Position numbers and translations under genes: made by a program. Positions 19,625-30,108 of a stretch of 64,000 bases of DNA are shown here, piece by piece. The DNA is from an uncultured Candidatus Rokubacteria bacterium. Its GTDB lineage: Bacteria; Methylomirabilota; Methylomirabilia; Rokubacteriales; DASRDR01. Within the stretch, counting starts at the first letter, position 1. Every line of letters begins with the position of its first letter. The notes under the pieces were generated by a model that was not told the DNA's origin, did no database searches, and saw only the letters and a list, made by a program, of their open reading frames with translations. Location of the stretch: assembly GCA_963708025.1 (NCBI GenBank), contig CAVPSB010000002.1, positions 32,001 to 96,000 of the forward strand. Reading direction: 5' to 3'.

Positions 19625-19975
19625 AATCGATCGGGGGTCACACAGCCCCCTGGCGCGCCGATCCTGGCAGTGGAGCCGGGCGGGGCGGATCGAGCCGCGG
19701 GCCGGGAGTCGGCGGCCGGCCGGCGGTGGCGGGATCGTGGGCCCGCGTGGTGCGTGCGCCGAGAAAGGAGGTGGTCCAGCCGTGTGTACAACCCCGGTGA
19801 TTTTCTGTGAGGTGGTGACCTCCTAGGTCGCGCGCACCCGGTTCCATCTGAGGGTGGCCCGCCTGGGAGGATCCCCAGGCACCACCGGCCCCGAGGGTCC
19901 TGCACTTCACCTGCAGGGCGGCCCGAGCCTCCGACAGCGAGGTGGGTCGCAGACGCCCTCGGGGCTCCCTTTTTG
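19625..19975 (+). ncRNA. Putative structured RNA/sORF transcript with extended complementarity to 16S rRNA
   Basis: AGAAAGGAGGTGGTCCAGCCG-TGTGTACAA (19762-19791), several hairpins, and a closing stem gccccgaggg/ccctcggggc followed by T5. Confidence 0.55.
19782..19826 (+). CDS. Possible 14-aa sORF MCTTPVIFCEVVTS (alternative: GTG 19784, MYNPGDFL)
   Basis: GTG lies 10 nt after GGAGG of the extended SD. Confidence 0.3.
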   Translation: MCTTPVIFCEVVTS

Positions 19976-20054
19976 CGGAGATCCCGGTCCCGGATCCTGG
20001 GAACTCACGCCCGCCGGCTTCTGGCAATCCTCTGACTCTGGCCGCCCTGGCGTT

Positions 20055-20131
20055 CCACTTCGAGCCGCGGCTTCGCCGCGGCCTGCGCGGGGGGGCCTCG
20101 GGGTCTTCCCAGACCCCCCCGAAGATCCTAG
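20055..20131 (-). repeat. Repeat family B copy (starts at a CTAG stop)
   Basis: CTAG-gatcttcgggggggtctgggaagaccccgaggccccccc...ccgcggcgaagccgcggctcg; similar to 31744-31822 and 44284-44368. Confidence 0.75.
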
Positions 20132-20613
20132 TTGAGCATTCCGACCAGGCGGTGGAGCTCGGCGCGGGCGGGGCGGTAGTCGGGTTCGATGTCGAGAGCC
20201 TGCCGCAGCTCGGCGATCGCCTCGTGGACCTTGCCCTGCTTGGCGTAGACGCGGGCCAGGTTCACGTGTGGGTAGTGGCGCGGCTCGTAGCGGGAGGCGG
20301 CCATCGCCTTCTGGAGCCAGGGGATGGCGTCCTGGTGGCGGCCGAGCTTGATGAGATAGGAGCCGATGTCGTTGTAGGGGTTGCCGAAGTCCGGATCGAT
20401 ACGGATCGCGGTGCAGCACTCGCGGATCGCCGCCTCGAGATCGCCGTTGAAGCTGTAGGTCCAGCCGAGGAAGGTGTGGGCCTCGGCGGTCGGCAGGCAC
20501 TCGATGGACTTCCGGTAACCGGCGATCGCGCTCTCGAGGTCCCCTCTCATCTGGGCCTCGTACGCCGCCTCGAAGTACCGCTGGGCCTGGTCGCGCGCGC
20601 TCGCCTCGTCCAT
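20128..20613 (-). CDS. Tetratricopeptide repeat protein
   Basis: TPR helices: PTAEAHTFLGWTYS, DPDFGNPYNDIGSYLI. Confidence 0.85.
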   Translation of the reverse strand: MDEASARDQAQRYFEAAYEAQMRGDLESAIAGYRKSIECLPTAEAHTFLGWTYSFNGDLEAAIRECCTAIRIDPDFGNPYNDIGSYLIKLGRHQDAIPWLQKAMAASRYEPRHYPHVNLARVYAKQGKVHEAIAELRQALDIEPDYRPARAELHRLVGMLN

Positions 20614-20641
20614 GGCCGGTCCGGCGCCGTCGGGTTGACCG

Positions 20642-20956
20642 CTAGCCCACGATCTCGCTGATCTGGATCTGCGGGGCGATGTCCGTGTAGTTGGGGATGT
20701 CGCCCATGATCTCCTTCCCGTGAGCCGCGACGCCCTTCGGGAAGTCGCCCGGCGCGTTGAAGTAGAGGTGGCAGGCGGCGACGAACGGGGCGGGAGTGCC
20801 CGGCGCCCCGCCGGCGATCCCCTTGTCGATCTCGTAGCGGGCCAGGCCGAAGCCCCGGAGTCGCTCCGCCACCATCGGCAGGTGCTTCCGCGCGTAGTAG
20901 TCGTGATCGAACCGCGCGCCGTCCTTTCGTGGATAGAGCACAGAGACCCGGATCAT
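20642..20956 (-). CDS. EthD-family protein
   Basis: MIRVSVLYP...FDHDYY...H...DIPNYTDIAPQIQISE. Confidence 0.88.
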   Translation of the reverse strand: MIRVSVLYPRKDGARFDHDYYARKHLPMVAERLRGFGLARYEIDKGIAGGAPGTPAPFVAACHLYFNAPGDFPKGVAAHGKEIMGDIPNYTDIAPQIQISEIVG

Positions 20957-21288
20957 GGGGATGCCTCCTTCCGGTCGAGACGTCGGAGGAACACCTCGAT
21001 CTCTTTCTTCGTCTGCAGATCGCCGGTCTGCGTGGCCACCTCCAGCCCCTGGCGGTACGCCGCCCTGGCCTCCTCGAGTCGGCCCGCGCGCTCCAGGGAG
21101 CGGCCCAGGCCGCGGTGGGCGGCGGAATAGTCGGGCTTGAGCCGGATCGCCTCGCGGTATTCCCGGATGGCGTCCTCGGCCTCGTCGGCGTCGAGATGGG
21201 CGCCGGCCAGACCGAAGCGCACCACCGGGTCCTCGGGCATGAGCGCGGCGACCTCCTTGAACTCGGCCAGGCGGTCAGCGTCCGGCAC
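20953..21288 (-). CDS. Small TPR protein
   Basis: PEDPVVRFGLA; PDYSAAHRGLG; GDLQTKKEIEVFLRRL. Confidence 0.8.
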   Translation of the reverse strand: MPDADRLAEFKEVAALMPEDPVVRFGLAGAHLDADEAEDAIREYREAIRLKPDYSAAHRGLGRSLERAGRLEEARAAYRQGLEVATQTGDLQTKKEIEVFLRRLDRKEASP

Positions 21289-21333
21289 CGGTGGAACCCT
21301 CCGTCCCGAGCATGGTCCGCGGGTCCGGGCCTG

Positions 21334-22368
21334 TCAAGCTGCCGCGGATCCGATCGGCTTCGTCACCAGGCGGCTGCCGTTCCGCGTCGCCAGCCAGCCG
21401 GGCAGCGCGCAGGAGAAGCGGCCGGCCCGGCCGCCGGCCACCACGACGAAGATCTCGCCGGGCGAGGGGAACTTCGGCACCAGCGCGTCCGGTGCCGGCG
21501 GATCCGGCCGGAACCGGAGGATCGAGGACTCGCCCCCCCGGGCGTCGGGCAGGCACTCCCGGTAGGGGCGCCGGATCGTCTCGAACAGGAAGCGGCGAAG
21601 GTCGTCCTTCGACCAGCCGTCGGCGGCCAGCGTGGCCGCGTGCTCGGGCCCGACGACCAGCATCGTCTCGCAGTAGAGCGGCCAGTGCTTGTCGTTCCAG
21701 AGCCCGGTCATCGACCAGCCGAGCGAGGCGGCGAGGTCGCGCGGGCTGCGGCTCGCGTGGTCGGAGACGCCGTGGGGCGCCTCGCAGGCGAAGGCGGTCA
21801 CCGTGCTCTCGCCGGCGGCGTACCCGCGCTCCACGTGGAGCGGCGGCCACGGCGAGTCTTCCTGGGCCTCGGCGATGCAGTAGGCGTAGCGGCCGGGATG
21901 GCCAAAGGTGGACATCGAGATCTCACCGGGCCGGGCGCCCCCCAGGTTCACGAGGCAGAGCCGGAGCGCGCGGCCGATCGTGGCGTTGGCCCGGAAGCCC
22001 GGCCCGAACACCCCGGCCCCGGCGTGGAGGCCGATGGCCTGGCGGATGGGCCCGTTCACGACGAGGAGCGGGGCGGCGAAGTGCGTCGTTGTCATCACCC
22101 CGTGCAGGTTGAAGACCGGGTCGAGCACCGCGTCCACTGCCGCCAGCACGACGGGCAGGTACTCGGGCCGGCAGCCGGCCATGACCGCGTTGATCGCGAT
22201 CTTCTCGACGGTGGCCCGACCGTAGTTGGGCGGGACGAGCCCCACCAGCTCGTCGGGCGACCGGCCGGGCACGGCGGCCAGGAAGCGATCCACGCGCTCC
22301 CGGGTCGGCGGGACGACCGGGAGCCCGTCGGTGACGCCACGCTCGAAGAGGTGCTCGAACTCGTCCAT
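21334..22368 (-). CDS. Conserved hypothetical protein (TDGLPVVPPT family)
   Basis: TDGLPVVPPT, ATVEKIAINAVMAGCRPEY, RANATIGRALRL; ATG 22368. Confidence 0.75.
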   Translation of the reverse strand: MDEFEHLFERGVTDGLPVVPPTRERVDRFLAAVPGRSPDELVGLVPPNYGRATVEKIAINAVMAGCRPEYLPVVLAAVDAVLDPVFNLHGVMTTTHFAAPLLVVNGPIRQAIGLHAGAGVFGPGFRANATIGRALRLCLVNLGGARPGEISMSTFGHPGRYAYCIAEAQEDSPWPPLHVERGYAAGESTVTAFACEAPHGVSDHASRSPRDLAASLGWSMTGLWNDKHWPLYCETMLVVGPEHAATLAADGWSKDDLRRFLFETIRRPYRECLPDARGGESSILRFRPDPPAPDALVPKFPSPGEIFVVVAGGRAGRFSCALPGWLATRNGSRLVTKPIGSAAA

Positions 22369-22409
22369 GCCTTCCCAGCGTGGCGCGATTTTGCCATACT
22401 CTGTGAGGC

Positions 22410-22539
22410 CGTGAATGAATCGAGTTTTCCGGCTCCCCCCCCGGCCACAGGCCGAAGGCCGTCGAACAGTGGGGGAGGGGGGCCACAGGCCGAAGGCCGT
22501 CGAAGGATCGGGTAGGCGGGAGGTCCGGAACACGCGATG
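22410..22539 (+). repeat. Repeat family A, copy 4 (two 21-bp modules), upstream of leuC
   Basis: tccggctcccccc-ggccacaggccgaaggccgtc...gggggagggg-ggccacaggccgaaggccgtc...gggtaggcgggaggtccggaa. Confidence 0.8.
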
Positions 22540-23796
22540 GGCCTGACCATCACCGAGAAGATCCTGGCCGCGCACGCCGGCCGGTCCGGCGTCGAGCCCG
22601 GGGAGTTCATCGTCGCGCGGGTCGACGTCGTGATGGGCAACGACGGCTCCACCGCCGGCGCCCTCCGCGTCTGGCGGGAGATCGGCGCGGCCCGCGTGTT
22701 CGATCCTGATCGGGTCGCCATCGTCTTCGATCACTTCGTCCCCAACAAGGACATCCAGGCGGCGGACCTGCTGCAGCCCGTCCGCCGGTGGGTGCGCGAG
22801 CAAGGGATCCGCCACTTCTTCGCCGAAGGGCGGAACGGGATCGCCCACACGATCCTTCCCGAGCAGGGGCTGGTCGGTCCCGGCGACGTCATGGTCGGTG
22901 GTGATTCGCACTCGTGTACGAACGGCGCGGTCGGCGCCTTCGCCACCGGTGTCGGATCGACCGATCTCGCCTCGGTGCTGGCGCTCGGCGAGGTGTGGTT
23001 GAAGGTCCCGGCCTCGCAGAAGTTCGTCTACCACGGAACGCCGGGCCGCTGGGTGATGGGGAAGGATCTGATCCTCGCCACCATCGGGCGGATCCGCATC
23101 GACGGCGCCCTCTATCAGGCCATGGAGTTCGCCGGTCCCACCATCGCCGGGCTCTCGATGTCCGACCGGCTGACGATGTGCAACATGGCGATCGAGGCCG
23201 GCGCGAAGTCGGGCATCATCGCGCCCGACGCGGTGACCCTCGGGTACGTCGAGGGCCGCGCCAAGCGGGCGTGGACGCTCCACGCGTCGGATCCGGACGC
23301 CCGCTACGCGGCGGTCCACGAGCTGGACGTCGCCGGGCTGCCGCCTCAGGTCGCCAAGCCCTTCTCGCCCGACAACGTCGCCCCGGTCGAGGAAGTCGCC
23401 GGCACTCCGCTCGATCAGGTTTTCCTCGGCTCCTGCACCAACGGCAAGCTGGAGGACCTCCGGGTCGCCGCCGGCATCCTCCGGGGTCACACCGTCCACC
23501 CCTACACGCGCCTCATCGTGATCCCGGCCAGCCAGTGGATCTACACCCAGGCCCTGAAGGAAGGCCTCCTGGAGGTCTTCGCCGAGGCCGGGGCGGCCGT
23601 CTCCACCCCGACCTGCGGCGCCTGCTTCGGCGGGCACATGGGCGTCCTGGCGGCCGGCGAGGTCTGCGTCTCGACCACCAACCGTAACTTCGTTGGCCGC
23701 ATGGGCCACCCGACCGCCCGGGTCTACCTGACGAACCCGGCGGTGGCGGCGGCGAGCGCGATCAAGGGCGTGATCGCGCTGCCAGACCAGGTCTAG
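22537..23796 (+). CDS. leuC: 3-isopropylmalate dehydratase/homoaconitase-family large subunit
   Basis: [39 protein letters not shown]; substrate not certain. Confidence 0.88.
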   Translation: MGLTITEKILAAHAGRSGVEPGEFIVARVDVVMGNDGSTAGALRVWREIGAARVFDPDRVAIVFDHFVPNKDIQAADLLQPVRRWVREQGIRHFFAEGRNGIAHTILPEQGLVGPGDVMVGGDSHSCTNGAVGAFATGVGSTDLASVLALGEVWLKVPASQKFVYHGTPGRWVMGKDLILATIGRIRIDGALYQAMEFAGPTIAGLSMSDRLTMCNMAIEAGAKSGIIAPDAVTLGYVEGRAKRAWTLHASDPDARYAAVHELDVAGLPPQVAKPFSPDNVAPVEEVAGTPLDQVFLGSCTNGKLEDLRVAAGILRGHTVHPYTRLIVIPASQWIYTQALKEGLLEVFAEAGAAVSTPTCGACFGGHMGVLAAGEVCVSTTNRNFVGRMGHPTARVYLTNPAVAAASAIKGVIALPDQV

Positions 23797-24050
23797 GGGG
23801 CGGGGCCGATGAGCTTCGCAATGTTGATCCCGGTCGGGACGCGCTCGGCCTGCGGCCTCGCGGCCGTCCCGACCTATGGTCGTCCTCGGTCGAGCCGATC
23901 CTCGGCGTACTAGGAGTACGCCTGCGGTCGGCTCCTCCCTGCGTCCTAGCGCTGCTCGCTCCTCGGCCCCGCCCGGGAACTTGACTGGTCTACCACGACT
24001 CTGGGGCCCCAACCCACTGTTTGCCATGAGCTGTGGCGCTTCGAGGAACC
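23797..24050 (-). repeat. Repeat family C copy between leuC and leuD
   Basis: The reverse complement of 23878-23974 closely matches 51492-51587. Inverted ends gggcggggccga/tcggccccgccc. 24021-24050 matches 51461-51488 in reverse. Confidence 0.88.
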
Positions 24051-24055
24051 TGCGG

Positions 24056-25761
<1,706 letters not shown>

Positions 25762-25780
25762 GAGCCCCGGGGGGCTCCGC

Positions 25781-26632
25781 ATGCTCGAGTTGTGGATTCG
25801 CTACCGGAAGTACTCCCGGCTGCTGATCGTCCTCCTGGCCTCCTTTGCGCTCCTCGCCTTTCAGCAGACGCGTCCCGAAGGCCGTTGGCTCGCCGAGGGC
25901 GTGGCCACGGTCACCGCACCGGTCCAGGCCGCCTTCGCCCGGATACACCGGGTGGCGCTCGCGGGGTGGACCACCTACCTGGAGTGGAAGGCGTTGCGCG
26001 CGGATGCCGCGCGACTGCGAGCCGAGGTGACGGCGCTGCGGCTCCGCCAGCTCCGTCAGGACGAGCTGGACGCGGAGAACGAGCGACTTCGGGCACTCCT
26101 GGCGCTCCGGGAGCGGCTCGCCGTGCGGACGATCGGCGCCGAGGTGGTGGCCCGCGAATGGAACGGCTTCACCCGCGGCCTGACCATCACTCGCGGCCGG
26201 ACCGACGGGCTCGAGAAGCTGGCCCCGGTCATCGTTACCCGGGGCGTGGTCGGTCGGGTGATGGAGCTGCGGCGGGACTCGGCGGTCGTCCAGCTCGTCA
26301 CGGATCCGGCCTCGGGCATCGGCGGCGTGGTCAATCGGACGCGCGCCCAGGGTCTGGTGGAGGGCGTGGCCGGCGGCCGGATGCGCCTCAAGCTGGCCGC
26401 CCGTGAGGAAGGCGTGATCGTCGGCGACATGGTCTTCACTTCCGGCATCGGGGGTCTGTTTCCCAAGGGGCTGCCCCTGGGGCGGGTCACGCGCGTGCAG
26501 CCGGCCAACGGGCTCTTCCGCCTGGTCGATCTGGAACCGGCGGTCGACCTCAGCACCGTGGAGGAGGTTCTCGTCCTCCCGCGTGGCGCGGCCGAGGACC
26601 TGAGCACCGCCTTCCCGGGTGACACGCGGTGA
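25781..26632 (+). CDS. mreC: Rod shape-determining protein MreC
   Basis: TM plus coiled coil (ENERLRALL); TSGIGGLFPKGLPLGRV. Confidence 0.93.
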   Translation: MLELWIRYRKYSRLLIVLLASFALLAFQQTRPEGRWLAEGVATVTAPVQAAFARIHRVALAGWTTYLEWKALRADAARLRAEVTALRLRQLRQDELDAENERLRALLALRERLAVRTIGAEVVAREWNGFTRGLTITRGRTDGLEKLAPVIVTRGVVGRVMELRRDSAVVQLVTDPASGIGGVVNRTRAQGLVEGVAGGRMRLKLAAREEGVIVGDMVFTSGIGGLFPKGLPLGRVTRVQPANGLFRLVDLEPAVDLSTVEEVLVLPRGAAEDLSTAFPGDTR

Positions 26633-27105
26633 AGCTGCCCCTCTACTTCCTCGCCGTGGGTGGCGGCACGCTCGTCCAGAGCACGGTCGTCCCGGCGTTC
26701 GGCTTCTGGGGCGTCGTCCCCGACCTGCCGATCGTCCTGGTCGTCTTGCTGGCGCTCCGGCGCGGTCCCGAGGTGGGCTGCGTGACGGGCTTCGCCCTCG
26801 GGCTCGCCCAGGACGTCGTCGCCGGGGGGCCGCTCGGCCTCCAGGCGCTCTCCAAGAGCGTCATCGGCTTCATCGCCGGGGACCTCCCGCGCTGGTGCCT
26901 CCTGTCGAACCCGCTGGTGCCGATCACCGCCACCGTGGTGGCCACGGTGGTCGACGGCGCCCTCCGCTTCGCGGTCCTCCAGCTCTTCCACTACCCGGCG
27001 GCTTTCAGCGAGCTGCTCGGGGGCGTGATCCTGCCGCAGGCCGCGTACAACGGCGTCCTCGCCGCGGTGATCATCGCCGTGCCCGCCGCTCGCGTCCGCG
27101 CATGA
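26629..27105 (+). CDS. mreD: Rod shape-determining protein MreD
   Basis: Hydrophobic; VPDL and GLAQD motifs; operon position. Confidence 0.9.
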   Translation: MKLPLYFLAVGGGTLVQSTVVPAFGFWGVVPDLPIVLVVLLALRRGPEVGCVTGFALGLAQDVVAGGPLGLQALSKSVIGFIAGDLPRWCLLSNPLVPITATVVATVVDGALRFAVLQLFHYPAAFSELLGGVILPQAAYNGVLAAVIIAVPAARVRA

Positions 27106-28916
27106 ACGGCCGGAGGCGCCCGCGGCCGCACGACCACCGGCGGCGGCTGGCCGGCCTGGCCCTCGTGCTGGGCGCCGGCTTCCTGGCCCTCACGTCCCAG
27201 CTCGTCTACCTGCAGATCCTCACCGGCGACCGGCTCGCCGAGCTGTCCGAGAAGAACCGCATCCGCCTTCGCACGGTGATGGCCCCCCGTGGCATCCTCT
27301 TCGACCGCAACGGGCTCCCGCTCGTCGAGAACCGGCCGGCGTTCACCCTGGCGGTGGTGCCGCGGGACGCGGCCGAGGACCTCCCGGCCGTGCTCGATCG
27401 GCTGGCTGGCCTGCTCAAAGTCCCCGTCGCCGAACTGCAGGAGCGGTTCGCCCGCGTGTCCGCCGATTCACCCTGGCCCGTGCGGCTCCAGCGCGGACTC
27501 ACGCTGGACGAGATCTCCCGCCTGGAGGAGTGGAAGCTCGAGCTGCCGGGCGTCACCATCGAGGTGGAATCCCAGCGGGCCTACCCGTCCCTGCGCTTCG
27601 CGGCCCACCTGCTCGGCTACGTCCGCGAGGTGTCGGAGGCCGACCTGGCTCGCGGGCGCTTCCGGCGCGGCGACCTCGTCGGCCAGTCGGGGCTCGAGCG
27701 GCTCTACGACGAGCACCTGCGCGGCCGGGACGGGGCCGAGCAGATCGAGGTCGACGCCTACGGGCGGCCGATCCGGGTCCTGCAGCGTCAGGAGCCGGTA
27801 GCGGGCGCCCATGTCTACACGACCATCGACCGCCGGATCCAGGAGGCCGCCGAGCAAGCGCTGGGGCCGCGGAACGGGTCGGTCGTGGTCCTCGATCCCC
27901 GGAACGGTGACGTCCTGGCCCTCGTCTCGAACCCGGCCTTTCCGGTCGAGCGCTTCTCGGGCCCGATCGACCGGGAGACCTGGCTGGCGCTGGTCCAGGA
28001 TCCCGCCCGGCCCTTGCTGAACCGGGCCGTCCAGGGAGAGTACGCGCCGGGGTCGCTCTTCAAGGTCATCGTCGCCGCCGCCGCCCTCCAGTCCCAGGTC
28101 TTCACGCCGTTCGACCGGCTCTCCTGTCCGAAGGAGTGGTGGTTCGGAGGCCGCGCCTACCACAACTGGGAAGACCGGGATCGGGGCGCGCTGAATCTCC
28201 ACGAGGCGCTCCAGGTCTCCTGCAACACGTTCTTCTATCAGCTCGGGCTCAAGGTGGGTCCGGAGCGGATCGGCAAGATGGCCGAGGAGTTTGGCCTCGG
28301 GCGAGCCACCGGCAGCGGGCTCGTCGGCGAGCGCCCCGGCCTGGTGCCCTCGCCGGCGTGGAAGAAGAAGGCCCTCAGGGACAACTGGTATGCCGGGGAT
28401 ACCGTGAGTCTCTCCATCGGTCAGGGCCTCATCACGGTCACGCCGCTCCAGGTGGCGCGCTTCATGGCCGCCGTGGCGAACGGCGGCGTCCTCTGGAAGC
28501 CCCGGATGGTCATGCGCGTGAAGGCGCCGGACGGCACGCCGCTGGTCAGCGAGACCGAGGTGGAGGAACACCGCCTGAACGTCGCGCCTGTGGTCTTCGA
28601 CTTCCTGCGCGAGGCCCTGGTGAACGTCGTCGCCAACGGCACCGGGAAGGGCGCCCAGGTCCCAGGCATCACCATCGCGGGCAAGACGGGCACCGCCCAG
28701 ACCCGCGAGTTCAAGAGTGACGCCGACCGCAAGCGCCGCGACCAGGACAACGCCTGGTTCGGCTCGTTTGCCCCGGCGGAAGATCCCCGCTTCGTCGTGG
28801 TGATCTTCGCCGAGCGCGCTGGGCTCGGCGGCCAGGTGGCGGCGCCCATCGCGCGTGAGATCTACCGGGCGATCTTCCTGGAGAAGGTGGCGTCCGCCGG
28901 CGGGCCGACGGGCTGA
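27102..28916 (+). CDS. mrdA: Penicillin-binding protein 2
   Basis: PRGILFDRNG; SxxK (PGSLFK), SxN (SCN), KTG (GKTGTAQ). Confidence 0.95.
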   Translation: MNGRRRPRPHDHRRRLAGLALVLGAGFLALTSQLVYLQILTGDRLAELSEKNRIRLRTVMAPRGILFDRNGLPLVENRPAFTLAVVPRDAAEDLPAVLDRLAGLLKVPVAELQERFARVSADSPWPVRLQRGLTLDEISRLEEWKLELPGVTIEVESQRAYPSLRFAAHLLGYVREVSEADLARGRFRRGDLVGQSGLERLYDEHLRGRDGAEQIEVDAYGRPIRVLQRQEPVAGAHVYTTIDRRIQEAAEQALGPRNGSVVVLDPRNGDVLALVSNPAFPVERFSGPIDRETWLALVQDPARPLLNRAVQGEYAPGSLFKVIVAAAALQSQVFTPFDRLSCPKEWWFGGRAYHNWEDRDRGALNLHEALQVSCNTFFYQLGLKVGPERIGKMAEEFGLGRATGSGLVGERPGLVPSPAWKKKALRDNWYAGDTVSLSIGQGLITVTPLQVARFMAAVANGGVLWKPRMVMRVKAPDGTPLVSETEVEEHRLNVAPVVFDFLREALVNVVANGTGKGAQVPGITIAGKTGTAQTREFKSDADRKRRDQDNAWFGSFAPAEDPRFVVVIFAERAGLGGQVAAPIAREIYRAIFLEKVASAGGPTG

Positions 28917-28937
28917 CGGGGTCGGAGTTCTGGCGAG

Positions 28938-30014
28938 ATGTTCCGCATCGATCGACGCCTCCTGCTCCACTTCGACTGGCTCCTCATCGGGCTGGCCGCG
29001 CTCCTGATCGGCGCCAGCCTCCTGACCCTCGGGAGCCTGGTGCCGCGGCTGCTCATGCGGCAGCTCGCCTGGCTCGGCATCGGCGTCGTCTGGGTCCTCG
29101 TCCTCATCTCGATCGACTACCGGATCCTGGCCCGCTGGGCCTACGTCGGCTACCTGGCCGGGCTCGGCGTGTTGGCGGCGGTCCTGGTGCTCGGGCGCTC
29201 CGCCCAGGGCGCCCGGCGCTGGCTCGCGGTCGGCCCCTTCACGGTGCAGCCGTCCGAGCTGTTCAAGCTGGTGCTGCTCACGACGGTGGCCGCCTACCTC
29301 GCCGGCCGGGAAGACCAGCGGCCGGGCTGGGACCGGGTCGTCTTCCCGCTCCTGCTCGTCGCGCCCGGCTTCGGCCTGATCGTCAAGCAGCCGGACCTCG
29401 GGACGGCGCTGGTCCTGATCCCGGTGGTCATGGCGCTCCTGTTCGTCGGGGGCGCGCGCTGGCGGGACCTGGCGGTCCTGATGGGGGGCGGCCTGGCGGC
29501 CGCCCCGGCGTTCTGGTTCGTCCTTCGCGACTATCAGCGCGAGCGGCTCCTGGTCTACCTCGACCCGTTCCGGGATCCGCTTGGCAGCGCATGGAACGTG
29601 ATTCAAGCCAAGATCACGATCGGCTCCGGCCAACTCGTCGGCAAGGGACTCTTCGGGGGGACCCAGAGCCGCCTCGCCTTCCTGCCGGAGCGGCACACGG
29701 ATTTCATCTTCGCCGCCTTCGCTGAATCGTGGGGCTTCATCGGCGCCGTCGGTCTGCTCGCCGTCTACGGTCTGCTCGCGCTCCGGGGCCTGGAAGTGGC
29801 GGCCACCGCGCGGGACACGCTCGGCAGCCTGCTGGCCACCGGCGCCACCGTCCTCCTCACGAGCCAGGCCCTCGTCAACCTCGGGATGGTCACGGGCCTG
29901 CTCCCGATCGTCGGCATTCCGCTCCCCATGGTCAGCTATGGCGGCTCGGCCCTGTTGACGGCGCTGGGCGCCGTCGCTCTGATCGAGAACGTGCGGATGC
30001 GCCGGTTCGCGTGA
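28938..30014 (+). CDS. rodA: SEDS peptidoglycan polymerase RodA
   Basis: QPSELFK, KQPDLGTA, LPERHTDFIF, SYGGS. Confidence 0.95.
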   Translation: MFRIDRRLLLHFDWLLIGLAALLIGASLLTLGSLVPRLLMRQLAWLGIGVVWVLVLISIDYRILARWAYVGYLAGLGVLAAVLVLGRSAQGARRWLAVGPFTVQPSELFKLVLLTTVAAYLAGREDQRPGWDRVVFPLLLVAPGFGLIVKQPDLGTALVLIPVVMALLFVGGARWRDLAVLMGGGLAAAPAFWFVLRDYQRERLLVYLDPFRDPLGSAWNVIQAKITIGSGQLVGKGLFGGTQSRLAFLPERHTDFIFAAFAESWGFIGAVGLLAVYGLLALRGLEVAATARDTLGSLLATGATVLLTSQALVNLGMVTGLLPIVGIPLPMVSYGGSALLTALGAVALIENVRMRRFA

Positions 30015-30108
30015 TCATGCGCCACCCTCCTGCCGTCGTCCCGGTCCTCTCCGGCCAGGGTGCGCTCCGTCACCGATCCGGTCGTGATCCATGGGGAGCG
30101 ACTGCTAC

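Noticed and set aside
19762-19797. A 16S rRNA gene or long rRNA fragment on the minus strand
   Set aside because: Only about 36 nt match, h44 is skipped and the flanks show no rRNA similarity. Kept instead as an antisense-motif finding.
19625-19975. tmRNA, RNase P RNA, SRP RNA or 6S RNA
   Set aside because: No T-arm/CCA end, no GAGGAAAGUCC, no SRP GGAA loop motif, and no single long 6S-like rod is evident.
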